Part shown: positions 1 to 9,041 of the stretch, one piece after another
How positions within the stretch are numbered: the first letter of the stretch is position 1
Layout: every line of letters begins with the position of its first letter
Assembly: GCA_022837635.1 (NCBI GenBank)
Contig: JALHFY010000001.1
Span: forward strand, 96,136-160,135
DNA: 64,000 bases
Direction of reading: 5' to 3'
Source of the DNA: Candidatus Shapirobacteria bacterium
GTDB lineage: Bacteria > Patescibacteriota > Microgenomatia > UBA12405
The notes under the pieces: generated by a model
Database searches by the model: none
The model's input: only the letters and a program-made list of their open reading frames with translations
What the model was told of the DNA's origin: nothing
Made by a program: the position numbers and the translations under genes

Positions 1-156
1 ATCCGGAAAAGGTCCATTTTCCAATTCCGGTCAATGATGACAATGTTAAAAGTATTGCGGTAGTGGTGGAAGAAATTGGTAGAGCCATTAAAGCGGCGGG
101 GGTGAAATAAGATAATTAGATAAGTAGTCATTAGTTATTAGTAATTAGTAAAAAAA

Positions 157-615
157 ATGGATAATAAAAAAATAATTGAACTAGTTAAAAAAATTAGAGC
201 AGAAACGGGTTTGGGAATTATAGAAATCAAGGCGGCTTTGGAAGAAGCCAAGGGTGATGAAAAAAAAGCTAAAGAAATTTTAAAAGAACAGGGTTTTGCT
301 AAAGCGGAAAAAAGAGCCGAAAAGGAAACTCATCAGGGAATAGTGGCTACGTATACCCATAGTACCGGTAAAATCGGAGTGATGGTGGAACTGTTGTGTG
401 AGACTGATTTTGTGGCTAAAAATGAAGAATTTGTGGCGGTGGCTAAGGATTTTTGTTTACAAATTGCGGCCATGGCACCAAAAGACAGCAAGGAGTTGTT
501 GGCACAGGAATTTGTGAAAGATCCGAGTCTAAAAATGAAAGATTTGGTAGTCGCTCTCAACTCCAAGTTTGGTGAGAATATCAAACTAGGTAGATTTGAA
601 AGGTTTGAAATATAA
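157..615 (+). CDS. tsf: Elongation factor Ts, minimal 152-aa form
   Basis: N-terminal UBA-like motif IKAALEEAKGDEKKAKEILKEQG and core TDFVAKNEEF are typical of EF-Ts. Lies next to frr. Confidence 0.85.
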   Translation: MDNKKIIELVKKIRAETGLGIIEIKAALEEAKGDEKKAKEILKEQGFAKAEKRAEKETHQGIVATYTHSTGKIGVMVELLCETDFVAKNEEFVAVAKDFCLQIAAMAPKDSKELLAQEFVKDPSLKMKDLVVALNSKFGENIKLGRFERFEI

Positions 616-653
616 ATAAGAAATAACCAATAACCAAATCTACAATTTCCAAA

Positions 654-685
654 CAAATTACAAATCTCAAACTATTTGTAATTTG
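654..685 (+). repeat. Perfect 12-bp stem hairpin (CAAATTACAAAT-8nt-ATTTGTAATTTG) downstream of tsf
   Basis: Inverted repeat read directly from the sequence. No clean U-tract follows, so only a weak intrinsic-terminator candidate. Confidence 0.5.
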
Positions 686-785
686 GAATTTGAAAAATTG
701 GATATTGTTTGTATCTTGTAGTTTTGGTTATTGAATTTTGTTTGTATCTTGTTTTTTTGGTGATTGGATTTTGTTAGAATAAAGC

Positions 786-1337
786 ATGATTGATTTTGCA
801 GAAGTCCGAGAGAGGATGGAAAAAATTTTGGCAATTTTTACTGAGGATATTGCTTCGATTAGAACCGGACGGGCGACAGCAGCCCTGATAGAGAATGTGA
901 CAGTGGAGGTGTATAACGGTCAAAAAATGAGATTAATGGAATTGGGTTCGATTACAGTGCCGGATGTGAGGAGTTTAGTCTTTGAACCTTGGGACAAGAC
1001 AGTATTGAGGGAAATCAATAATGGCATTCAGGCGGCCAATATTGGGATGATGCCGGTGGTTGATGGAGAAGTAATTAGACTGAGTTTACCAATGTTAACG
1101 GTAGAACAGAGAGAGGATTATGTAAAACTTTTAGGTCGGAAATTAGAGGGAGCCAGAGGGATGTTGCGAGACGCTAGAGCTGATTTTAGAAAAAAAATTA
1201 TGGATGCTAAAAACGATAAATTAATTTCGGAAGATGAATTCAAGAGAGATGAGGCGGAGTTGCAAAAAATAACTGATGAATTTATGAAGCGAATGGAAGA
1301 GTTGTCTCAAAAGAAAGAAGAGGAGATTAGGTCTTAG
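786..1337 (+). CDS. frr: Ribosome recycling factor
   Basis: Full-length similarity to RRF (VYNGQKMRLMELGSITVPDVRSLVFEPWDK, LSLPMLTVEQREDYVK). tsf-frr synteny supports the call. Confidence 0.9.
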   Translation: MIDFAEVRERMEKILAIFTEDIASIRTGRATAALIENVTVEVYNGQKMRLMELGSITVPDVRSLVFEPWDKTVLREINNGIQAANIGMMPVVDGEVIRLSLPMLTVEQREDYVKLLGRKLEGARGMLRDARADFRKKIMDAKNDKLISEDEFKRDEAELQKITDEFMKRMEELSQKKEEEIRS

Positions 1338-1340
1338 GCT

Positions 1341-2411
1341 ATGGATGTCTTAATTTTTATCATGGCTCTATCGGTATTGGTGTTGGTCCATGAATTTGGT
1401 CATTTTATGGCGGCAAAATTAACCGGGGTTAAAGTTGAAGAATTTGGATTGGGTTTACCACCACGATTGGTAGGTAAAAAAAAGTGGGGTACAGTTTGGA
1501 GCTTGAATTGGTTGCCGATAGGTGGTTTTTGTAAATTGTATGGTGAAGATTCGACTGAAAAAAAGGCAAAAAAATCAAACGAGTCTTTTTTAACTAAAAA
1601 TCCCTGGCAGAAGATGTTGATAGTTTTGGGAGGAGTGTTGATGAATGTGGTCTTGGCGGTGGTGATTTTTGCAGTCAGTTATACAGTCACCGGAATTCCG
1701 GAGGAGAGTGGTCGGGTGAAAATTTTGGAAATAGCTGCTGGAAGTCCAGCGGAGTCAGTTGCTTTGAAAGAAGGAGAGGTAATTTTGAAAATCAATGAAG
1801 AGGAATTAAAAAAAGGGGAGGAGTTGACAGCTAAAGTGGGCGAGAATAAAGGTCAAGAGGTAACTTTATTGGTTAAAAAAGAAAACAAAGATGAAGCGGT
1901 GCCAGTGAAAATAAAAATTAGAGAGAGTGCGCCGGAGGGACAGGGATTGATGGGGGTAGTGGTTTCTAGCGTGGAAATGAAAAAAATCCAGTTCTTTGAG
2001 TTTTATAAAGGAATTGGAGTTGGGTTCAAAGAGGCGATTTATTGGGGTAAATTAATCTTGGAAGGATTGTGGCAAATGATTAGCGGTTTGTTTCAAGGTC
2101 AGGTACCCAAAGATGTGACCGGACCATTGGGAATGTATAGGGCAACTTCAGCTATTAGAAGTGATCAGGGAATATGGGCGGTGATTCATTTTTTTGGAAT
2201 TATTTCGGTGAATTTAGCGATTGTGAATATTTTACCTTTTCCGGCTTTAGATGGAGGAAGGATTATTTTTGTACTTTATGAATTAGTATTTAGAAAACGA
2301 GCCAATGAGAAGTTTGAAATAATGGTGAACAATATTGGGATGGTAATTTTATTGGGATTGATTTTGTTGGTAACGATTGGAGATGTAAAAAATCTGTTAA
2401 TAAACAAATAG
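1341..2411 (+). CDS. rseP: Site-2 protease / M50 zinc metalloprotease with PDZ domain (RseP-like)
   Basis: HEFGH zinc motif in the first TM helix, an internal PDZ-like segment, and a C-terminal NILPFPALDGG (LDG) motif. Confidence 0.85.
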   Translation: MDVLIFIMALSVLVLVHEFGHFMAAKLTGVKVEEFGLGLPPRLVGKKKWGTVWSLNWLPIGGFCKLYGEDSTEKKAKKSNESFLTKNPWQKMLIVLGGVLMNVVLAVVIFAVSYTVTGIPEESGRVKILEIAAGSPAESVALKEGEVILKINEEELKKGEELTAKVGENKGQEVTLLVKKENKDEAVPVKIKIRESAPEGQGLMGVVVSSVEMKKIQFFEFYKGIGVGFKEAIYWGKLILEGLWQMISGLFQGQVPKDVTGPLGMYRATSAIRSDQGIWAVIHFFGIISVNLAIVNILPFPALDGGRIIFVLYELVFRKRANEKFEIMVNNIGMVILLGLILLVTIGDVKNLLINK

Positions 2412-2413
2412 AT

Positions 2414-3745
2414 TTATCTGGGGATTAATTCTAGAAAGTAGGCGGTGTTGGGGGACAGGTAAATATTTTCAGTGTGAGTTGAGGTAGTGACGGTGATAAT
2501 TTTTTGAGTACTTTTACCTAGATATTGGGTAGTTTTAAGAAGATAGTTTCCAGGAATGAGAGAAGTATAGGTTAGAGGGACGGTTTCACTGTGTCGATTT
2601 TTGGGGTCATAGTTGACTAAAAGAGTTTGAATAATAGTGCCTTTTTTGGCAGAGAGAGAACTTACCCAAGTACCATCACCTTCGTGGGCGACTTGGGTGC
2701 CATTAAGCTGATTCAGGAATTGCAAAGCCTGGTAGCGGGGTTTGATTTGACCGCTGTGTGTCAGGATACCCCAGCCGGTGGATTTGTGAGAGCGAGGAGA
2801 AGGTCCGTCAATAGCTTCAAAAGTAAAGAGACGATGAATTTTTCCATAAAGTTTAGTGGATAGAGAGATTAGATGAATCCCACTAAGAGAATTGTCATAG
2901 GCGGGATCGGGTTCGGAGTTGGGACCAATTTCAGTGATAAGTCTTTCAATATTGAAGTATTGAGGGTAATCGCTGAGAATAGAATTTAGATTTTCAAAAT
3001 CGCGTAAATAATCATCGAGATTAAAAGAATATTTATGCCAGGAGATGAAATCTAGGGGTAAATTGTTGGTGGCGGTGAATTTGAAGAGAGCAGTGATCCA
3101 GTTTGGGTAATAGGCGGTAATGGCGGGGCCACCGATTTTATAAAAGGTGTTACCGGCACCTTTTTTAACGGCTAAAGAGGTATTTTTATATAGAGTGAGA
3201 TAGTTAGGAGACTTGCCATAATGCCAACCACCAAAAAGATCGGGTTCGTTCCAAACTTCGTAATAGATACCGGAGATATTTTTTTCGACTGAGTAATGGC
3301 GAGCGGTGGCTTCGACCAAGCGATTCCATTGATTCCAATCGTTGGGTTCTTTGGAGTCGGGGGTATAGGAAAGAGAAAGCATGGGTTTGGCACCAGTGGC
3401 CAAGATACTGTTTACGGCTTGGTCAAGTCGGGAAAAATCATATTGACCGTTACCTTGGTCAACTTGATAATAATCAAAGAGATGATCAATGCGGATAAGT
3501 TGGAGATCTAAGGCTTTGAGAGGGGAGATAACTGGAGCAATCATATCCTTGGTTTCTTCACCACCTTGAGAAATGTTTTTCCAGAGACTGCCGGTGATGG
3601 TGGTACCTAGAGATTGAGTATGAATGGTGATATTAGCGGGGATACCGGAGGCGGATTTACGAAGATCGAGAATGGTTTTAAGAGAAAACAGGAGAAAAGG
3701 GAGAAGAAGAAGCAGAATTAGGGTTTTAATATTTTTTGATTTCAT
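2414..3745 (-). CDS. Membrane-anchored glycoside hydrolase, clan GH-A (GH39-like)
   Basis: N-terminal signal/TM (KTLILLLLLPFLLFSL). WNEPD acid/base motif (YYEVWNEPDLFGGW) and a downstream ITEIG nucleophile-like motif. Confidence 0.55.
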   Translation of the reverse strand: MKSKNIKTLILLLLLPFLLFSLKTILDLRKSASGIPANITIHTQSLGTTITGSLWKNISQGGEETKDMIAPVISPLKALDLQLIRIDHLFDYYQVDQGNGQYDFSRLDQAVNSILATGAKPMLSLSYTPDSKEPNDWNQWNRLVEATARHYSVEKNISGIYYEVWNEPDLFGGWHYGKSPNYLTLYKNTSLAVKKGAGNTFYKIGGPAITAYYPNWITALFKFTATNNLPLDFISWHKYSFNLDDYLRDFENLNSILSDYPQYFNIERLITEIGPNSEPDPAYDNSLSGIHLISLSTKLYGKIHRLFTFEAIDGPSPRSHKSTGWGILTHSGQIKPRYQALQFLNQLNGTQVAHEGDGTWVSSLSAKKGTIIQTLLVNYDPKNRHSETVPLTYTSLIPGNYLLKTTQYLGKSTQKIITVTTSTHTENIYLSPNTAYFLELIPR

Positions 3746-3842
3746 GAGTCTCCAGAATCAGTATACTATATATGGTATAAGGATTTGACTATTGACCTCG
3801 TTTGATAAACATGTAAAACTGGAAGCAGAAGCAATTGAAAAT

Positions 3843-5165
3843 ATGATAATGAAAAGAAAAGGTTTAGCTCAAATTCCATTGATTTTAGGTCTATTGGTAA
3901 TGGCGGTTGCTATTCCAGTAGCAACAAAATTGGTCCAAGAGAATCAAGATAGTAGAAACCAGGCTGCTGGGTGTGCTGGTATTAATCAGGGTTGTTCTAC
4001 TAGACCATGTTGTGCTGGTTTGACTTGTGCAGACGAAAGTTCAGGTTTTAGTTATCCGAGGTGTATTGGTGCTGGTAGTTGTCCTCAAGGGCATAGAAAA
4101 TGTGAAGGAAATAATCAGTACTATTGTAATGCAGGAAACTGGGTTTTAGAGAAAGCCTGTGGAAGTTTAGGGTGTGATGGTGATGGTTGTCGGGTGCCAG
4201 CATGTTCAGGTACAGAAACAAAATGTAATGATAGTGGTAATCAGGTTTTGCAGTGTAATAACGGTGTGTGGAAGTTGCTGAGTAATTGTTCTTATGGTTG
4301 TAGTAATGGAGCCTGTAAAAACCCCCCACCCACAGCAACTCCGACCAAAAAACCTACGGCAACTCCAGCTCCTTGTGCGAAGTCCGGTCAGGCTTGTTCT
4401 ACTAGGTCTTGCTGTAATGCAACAGATGTGTGTACGAATGAGGGTTTATCGTATCCTAAGTGTGTGCCTAGGGCTGAAATTCCCACTTATATCCCTGTTC
4501 CTACAGAAGTATGTGTTGGTCCTGGTAAGCCTTGTTCGACTCGATCTTGTTGTGCAGGTTTAACTTGTACAGCTGAAGCTTTGGCTTATCCTCAATGTGT
4601 AGAAAATTGTAGTTTGTTGACTAACAGGCCAGATAATTGTAAATGTACTAATAATACTCATTGTAAGAGTAAAAACTGTTCGGGAGGAGTTTGTAAGCCA
4701 TCAGGTAGGGTGTCACAGCCGCCGATATCTGATAAATGTCCTGGAGCACAGGCATGTCCTGACAGTACGGGTAACGTATTGCGTGATTGTAAGAACCCTG
4801 ACTCTGACGGAACTTCCAGAGATAGTATTTGTTCGGCTGCAGGTGGGGTAGAAACTTGTGATGGTAGGAATTTTTGTTGCCCGAATGCTGGTGGAAAATG
4901 GACTACTGATATGACACAATGTCCGACAGCAGCTACGTGTGCTAAATGTGCCGATGCTTCAGCTAAAGGAAAGGGTGATGCTAATTGTAATGGGGTAGTG
5001 GATTTAGTGGATTATTCTATTTGGAGAGAGGAATTCAATATAGCTAAATGTGGTACGGATACGGCTACTAGAAATAATTGGAAGGCTGACTTTGATTGTA
5101 ATGGTCTGGTCAATATGGCTGACTACAATATTTGGAGAAATAATTATATTACTATGTTCAAATAA
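3843..5165 (+). CDS. Secreted Cys-rich protein with triplicated CSTRxCC...YPxC modules, a PT linker and a C-terminal dockerin pair
   Basis: Signal peptide MIMKRKGLAQIPLILGLLVMAVA; start at an internal Met of ORF 3792. Three copies of C-S-T-R-P/S-C-C-x-G/A-x-x-C...YPxC, a PPPTATPTKKPTATPAP linker, and C-terminal Ca-binding dockerin loops DANCNGVVDLVD and DFDCNGLVNMAD. Confidence 0.6.
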   Translation: MIMKRKGLAQIPLILGLLVMAVAIPVATKLVQENQDSRNQAAGCAGINQGCSTRPCCAGLTCADESSGFSYPRCIGAGSCPQGHRKCEGNNQYYCNAGNWVLEKACGSLGCDGDGCRVPACSGTETKCNDSGNQVLQCNNGVWKLLSNCSYGCSNGACKNPPPTATPTKKPTATPAPCAKSGQACSTRSCCNATDVCTNEGLSYPKCVPRAEIPTYIPVPTEVCVGPGKPCSTRSCCAGLTCTAEALAYPQCVENCSLLTNRPDNCKCTNNTHCKSKNCSGGVCKPSGRVSQPPISDKCPGAQACPDSTGNVLRDCKNPDSDGTSRDSICSAAGGVETCDGRNFCCPNAGGKWTTDMTQCPTAATCAKCADASAKGKGDANCNGVVDLVDYSIWREEFNIAKCGTDTATRNNWKADFDCNGLVNMADYNIWRNNYITMFK

Positions 5166-5169
5166 GAGA

Positions 5170-6489
5170 ATGAAGTTAGGCAAAATTTTATTAACATTTT
5201 TATTACTAACAGCTGCTGGTGGAGCTTTGCTTTTAGTCAAACAAAATCAGGATGTTAGAAGAGGGGCAGCGGCTGGGATTTTGAATTTGTCATTATCTCC
5301 GGGAACGCGAGTGACTAAAAAGGTTGGAGAAAAATTAACTTACACTATCAATTATTCTGGGCCTGCTGGTTCTAAAGTGGAAACAGTTCAGAGTAAAGTT
5401 TGTTATGGTCCAGAGATTGTTTTTAAGAGTGCTACTGGTAATACTGCTAATGGGTTTAAGAGTGAAGTGTTGAGTAAAACTTTAGCGGCGAATTCAGCAG
5501 GTTTGACTTGTACTTTTGTAACGGTAGTAGCAGATGATACAGCGACAACTTGTACAACTAAGTTAGCGAATGCGGGGCAGGCAATGACTTTGAATTTTGA
5601 AGCAGTAAGGAAAGGCGGTCCGAGAGCGATAACTTTAGTAGAAGCGGACACCAAAGGGACGATTTATGTTCCAGGGAGTGCAGAAAAGCTTTTGAATGGG
5701 AAAATTGGTGGAAATGGGGAGTATGAAATTATAGATGGAGCTTCAGATTGTAGGCCTCTGTGGGGGATAGTAAATAGCGAGCCAGATGGTGACGGTACGA
5801 CTGAGAGAGAAGTGGAGAAGTATTGTAAGGAGTTTAGTAGTTGCGATAATCAGATTACGATAATTGGTCAAGCTTATGAAACGAAAGAAGAGTGTGAAGC
5901 GGCTCTAAATGGTGATACACCGATATTAAATTATAAAGTGTCTTTTGCCTATGTTAATGCAACAGCCAGTGAGTGCGCTGAGAATTGGCCGGTACAAGTG
6001 ATTGCTTTACATGGAGAAACCAAGAAGGTGTATACAAATGTGATTATGAAAAATAAAAAGATTGTAGGAGATAAAGTGACTTTTGAAGGAAGTCTACCAT
6101 TGGTTGGATTTCCTTACAAGAAAGATGTAGCAGTTTTCTTTAAGGGTCCAAAGCATTTGCAAATGAAATATGCTGTTCAAAATCAGACAACCTCTTATGG
6201 TAAGGCGGGAGGAGAATTAGTTTTGACCAGTGATCCAGCTACAAGTATTCAGTATGATTTTAGTGGCTATCCTATGTTACCTGGCGATTTAGTTGGTAAT
6301 GACTCCGACACTCCTGATGGTTGGATTAATGGCCGTGATTTTTCATATATTAAGAACCATGCTGATCATACTACGGTTAAGCACGGTGAGTACTTGCATA
6401 CTGATTTGAATGGTGATTGTCAGGCTAATTCGGGAGATGTTAATGCCTTAAAGAAGTCTCTTGAATTTAAGCAAGATCAACTTTATTAA
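5170..6489 (+). CDS. Secreted protein with C-terminal dockerin-like repeats
   Basis: Signal peptide MKLGKILLTFLLLTAAGGALLLV; the ORF-track start 5050 overlaps the previous gene, so internal ATG 5170 is used. C-terminal DLNGDCQANSGD matches the dockerin D-x-N-x-D-x-x-x-N-x-x-D loop. Confidence 0.5.
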   Translation: MKLGKILLTFLLLTAAGGALLLVKQNQDVRRGAAAGILNLSLSPGTRVTKKVGEKLTYTINYSGPAGSKVETVQSKVCYGPEIVFKSATGNTANGFKSEVLSKTLAANSAGLTCTFVTVVADDTATTCTTKLANAGQAMTLNFEAVRKGGPRAITLVEADTKGTIYVPGSAEKLLNGKIGGNGEYEIIDGASDCRPLWGIVNSEPDGDGTTEREVEKYCKEFSSCDNQITIIGQAYETKEECEAALNGDTPILNYKVSFAYVNATASECAENWPVQVIALHGETKKVYTNVIMKNKKIVGDKVTFEGSLPLVGFPYKKDVAVFFKGPKHLQMKYAVQNQTTSYGKAGGELVLTSDPATSIQYDFSGYPMLPGDLVGNDSDTPDGWINGRDFSYIKNHADHTTVKHGEYLHTDLNGDCQANSGDVNALKKSLEFKQDQLY

Positions 6490-7034
6490 TGAAACAAAAT
6501 ATGAAAAATAAACTTTTTTGGCCAATGGTTGTTTTATCATTAGTTGTTTTGGTGGAAAGCGTGCTTTTCTTGTCGAAGACTAATAATAAAACAGAGAATA
6601 ATGTAGAACAAGTTTCTCCGACGGTAACAGTTAGTGAAACAGATTCGATTGTAGCAAAGGATAAGATAATAAATTTTTCTTGGCTTCAAAAAAGTAATAA
6701 TAAAATGACTTTGGTGTTGCAGAGTAGTGAAGATGTAGCGGTGGATGCTATTGATTTAGAGATGGCTTATGAAGGTGTCAAGGTTTTATCAGTGGTTAAT
6801 GCTGGTGTTTTACCTGAACCTTCAAAACCTATTATATCCCGCGATAAATCATTGATAGTGACTCATTATTTGATAGACGCGATGGGGGGTTTTAAGTTGA
6901 ATAAAAACGAGAAATATGAGTTGTTAGATATAAATTATTCTTTGATTGAAAGAAGTGAAGCGAAGTTTACTTTAGAAGAAAAGACTTTGGTGGTTGAAAG
7001 CGTTACTTCTAAAGTGTTACCTTATTCTATATGA
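6489..7034 (+). CDS. Small secreted cohesin-like domain protein
   Basis: N-terminal TM/signal segment. VDAIDLEMAYEGVKVLSVVNAGVL resembles the cohesin signature (fdlsYD.svLevvsv.aG). Confidence 0.4.
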   Translation: MKQNMKNKLFWPMVVLSLVVLVESVLFLSKTNNKTENNVEQVSPTVTVSETDSIVAKDKIINFSWLQKSNNKMTLVLQSSEDVAVDAIDLEMAYEGVKVLSVVNAGVLPEPSKPIISRDKSLIVTHYLIDAMGGFKLNKNEKYELLDINYSLIERSEAKFTLEEKTLVVESVTSKVLPYSI

Positions 7035-7696
7035 AAAGAGTAGTTCTCTTATTTTTGCTTGTTTTTTTGGTATCTGCCAGGGGTGTGGGTGCTGCTGGAC
7101 CGATGCTTAAGTTCGTGCCAACAAACACTACTTATGTGCCAGGACAGAATTTTGATGTAGTTTTGGGGGTGGATTCAGGTACTGAAAGGACGGCAGCGGT
7201 AGATGCTTGGGTGACTTTTGATCCGGCTCAGGCAGAAATTGTGTCAATAAGGGCAGCGACTAATCCAGCTTTTCCTTTTACAATAATGCAGAATGTTTAC
7301 AATGATACTGGTAAGTTTAATATTAGTTTTAATTCGACTGACAGCAGTAGCTTTGAAATGAAACCGTCAGTGGGTGACTTAGCGGTAATTACTGTTAAGC
7401 CTAAATCTAACGGAACTATAAATTTGAACTTTGTTTGTACTGATGGTTCACAAGTAGATTCAAATATTTTTAATTTTGATGGTAAAGAAGTGTTAGCTTG
7501 TTCTTTGAATCAAAATGGAGTTTATACGACTACAGGAGCTGCTCCGGTGGCAACAGCTGCTCCGACTTCTGCATCGGGAACAACAGTTCCGACTTCGACT
7601 GAGTTGCCGAAGACTGGAGCGGTGGAGAATACAATTGTGTTGATGGTCATGGGGATGATTGGAGTGTTATCTTCGCTAGCTTTGAGGAAATTATGA
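7031..7696 (+). CDS. Cohesin-domain surface protein with LPKTG sortase sorting signal
   Basis: Signal peptide. Cohesin-like core (AVDAWVTFDPAQAEIVSIRAATNP). C-terminal LPKTG, then a hydrophobic stretch (AVENTIVLMVMGMIGVLSSLAL) and an RKL tail: a canonical cell-wall sorting signal. Confidence 0.65.
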   Translation: MKRVVLLFLLVFLVSARGVGAAGPMLKFVPTNTTYVPGQNFDVVLGVDSGTERTAAVDAWVTFDPAQAEIVSIRAATNPAFPFTIMQNVYNDTGKFNISFNSTDSSSFEMKPSVGDLAVITVKPKSNGTINLNFVCTDGSQVDSNIFNFDGKEVLACSLNQNGVYTTTGAAPVATAAPTSASGTTVPTSTELPKTGAVENTIVLMVMGMIGVLSSLALRKL

Positions 7697-8364
7697 CCAA
7701 GAAACCGAATGTAAAAACGATTATTATTATCGTCATTATGCTTTTAGTGGGAGTTTTAGGAGTGTTGGGGATGACTACTGCCAAAACTTTTTTTAGTGGA
7801 GCATCGGCGGCGACTGAGCCTAAAAATGTATTGGCTAAGGCTAATGAGGATGGTAAGAGCGCGGTGGTTACTTGGGTGTCTGATAAAGCTAGTATGGGAA
7901 CTGTAGAATATGGAACGACTCCGGCGAGTCTACTTTTAAGAGCACCGGAAAGTGAATCTGTGACTAACCACTCAGTAACTTTAAGTTCACTTAAGGCTAA
8001 TACTAATTATTATTTCAGAATTAAGATAGGGGAAGAGGTTTTTGACAATAACGGAATTCCTTATTCTTTTAAGACTAAAGGGGCAACTCCTTCGGGAACA
8101 GTATTGCCAGTGATAACAGTAACACCGACGATGGTGGCTTCGACTGAAGCTAAACCAACTGTAGTCAGTGGGGTTTGTGATCGGACGACTGATTATAATA
8201 AAGACGGAGTGGTTAATAGCCTGGATTATTTGACCTGTCAAAGGGATCAGGGCGGAAAAGCAATTACACCAGTGCCAACAGGGAAATGTTCATCTCCTGG
8301 GGATTTGAATAATGATGGAGTAGTCAATAGTCTGGATGTACGCAAGTGTTTACAAAGTCAGTAA
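7693..8364 (+). CDS. Secreted FN3-like domain protein with two C-terminal dockerin repeats
   Basis: N-terminal TM/signal. FN3/PAP-like segment (TWVSDKASMGTVEYGTTP...NTNYYFRIK). Two near-perfect dockerin loops, DYNKDGVVNSLD and DLNNDGVVNSLD. Confidence 0.6.
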   Translation: MTKKPNVKTIIIIVIMLLVGVLGVLGMTTAKTFFSGASAATEPKNVLAKANEDGKSAVVTWVSDKASMGTVEYGTTPASLLLRAPESESVTNHSVTLSSLKANTNYYFRIKIGEEVFDNNGIPYSFKTKGATPSGTVLPVITVTPTMVASTEAKPTVVSGVCDRTTDYNKDGVVNSLDYLTCQRDQGGKAITPVPTGKCSSPGDLNNDGVVNSLDVRKCLQSQ

Positions 8365-8398
8365 AGACAGGTAAAATAGCAGAGTTTAAGGAGGTGAT

Positions 8399-8617
8399 TT
8401 GATGCCTATAATTGTCAAAAGAAAAAAAGGTGAATCAAAAGATGATATTATCGGTAAATTCCGGCGGTTGTGCATGGAAGAGGATATAACTGAAGAAGTG
8501 CGTAAAAGGGCGGCTTATGAAAAACCTTCTGAAGTCCGTTATGCCCAAAAGAAAGTAATTTTATGGCGAGAAAAATGCCGTAAGAGAGCTAAAAAATCTC
8601 GAAACTATGTTGCGTGA
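8399..8617 (+). CDS. rpsU: 30S ribosomal protein S21
   Basis: Small basic protein (KFRRLCMEEDITEEVRKRAAYEKPSEVR) with a preceding AAGGAGG Shine-Dalgarno. TGA stop. Confidence 0.85.
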   Translation: MMPIIVKRKKGESKDDIIGKFRRLCMEEDITEEVRKRAAYEKPSEVRYAQKKVILWREKCRKRAKKSRNYVA

Positions 8618-9041
8618 TCAAATTCAAAAACAAGCAGTTGAAGCCTTAAAGTCAGGCGAGAGTAAAAAAGCTAATGCCTTGAGGTTTTTAGTGTCTTTAA
8701 TTGATAAAAGAGCACTCCAATTGCCTCCTGGAGAGATGAGTGAAGCTGAGGAAATCCAGGTGTTGCGTAAGGAATTGAAAAATAAAGAGGAAGCTAAAGC
8801 GATGTTTGCACAGGGAGGACGAGAGGATTTGGTAGCTGAACAGGAGACAGAAATTGAGCTGGTAAAGACTTTTTTACCTCAGGAAATGAGTGAAGATAAG
8901 ATTAGAGAGATAGTAAAGAAGGTGGTGACTGAGAAAGGTAATAATTTTGGAGCGGTAATGGGAGAGACGATGAAATTAGTAGCCGGTCAAGCCGGTGGGG
9001 AATTGGTGTCCAAGATAGTCAAAGAAGAATTGTCTCAATGA
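8607..9041 (+). CDS. yqeY: GatB/YqeY domain protein
   Basis: Matches the YqeY family pattern (QIQKQAVEALKSGESKKANALRFLVSLI...). Follows rpsU as in many bacteria. Confidence 0.8.
   Translation: MLRDQIQKQAVEALKSGESKKANALRFLVSLIDKRALQLPPGEMSEAEEIQVLRKELKNKEEAKAMFAQGGREDLVAEQETEIELVKTFLPQEMSEDKIREIVKKVVTEKGNNFGAVMGETMKLVAGQAGGELVSKIVKEELSQ

Noticed and set aside
333-656. 107-aa ORF on the minus strand overlapping tsf
   Set aside because: Fully antisense to a strongly supported EF-Ts gene. Low-complexity translation with no motif. Typical shadow ORF.
4048-4919. Several 68-96-aa ORFs (4048-4338 -, 4294-4563 +, 4713-4919 -) inside the Cys-rich dockerin gene
   Set aside because: Alternative-frame or antisense ORFs inside a well-supported CDS. 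Compositions (His/Tyr or Val/Leu runs) are typical of shadow frames.
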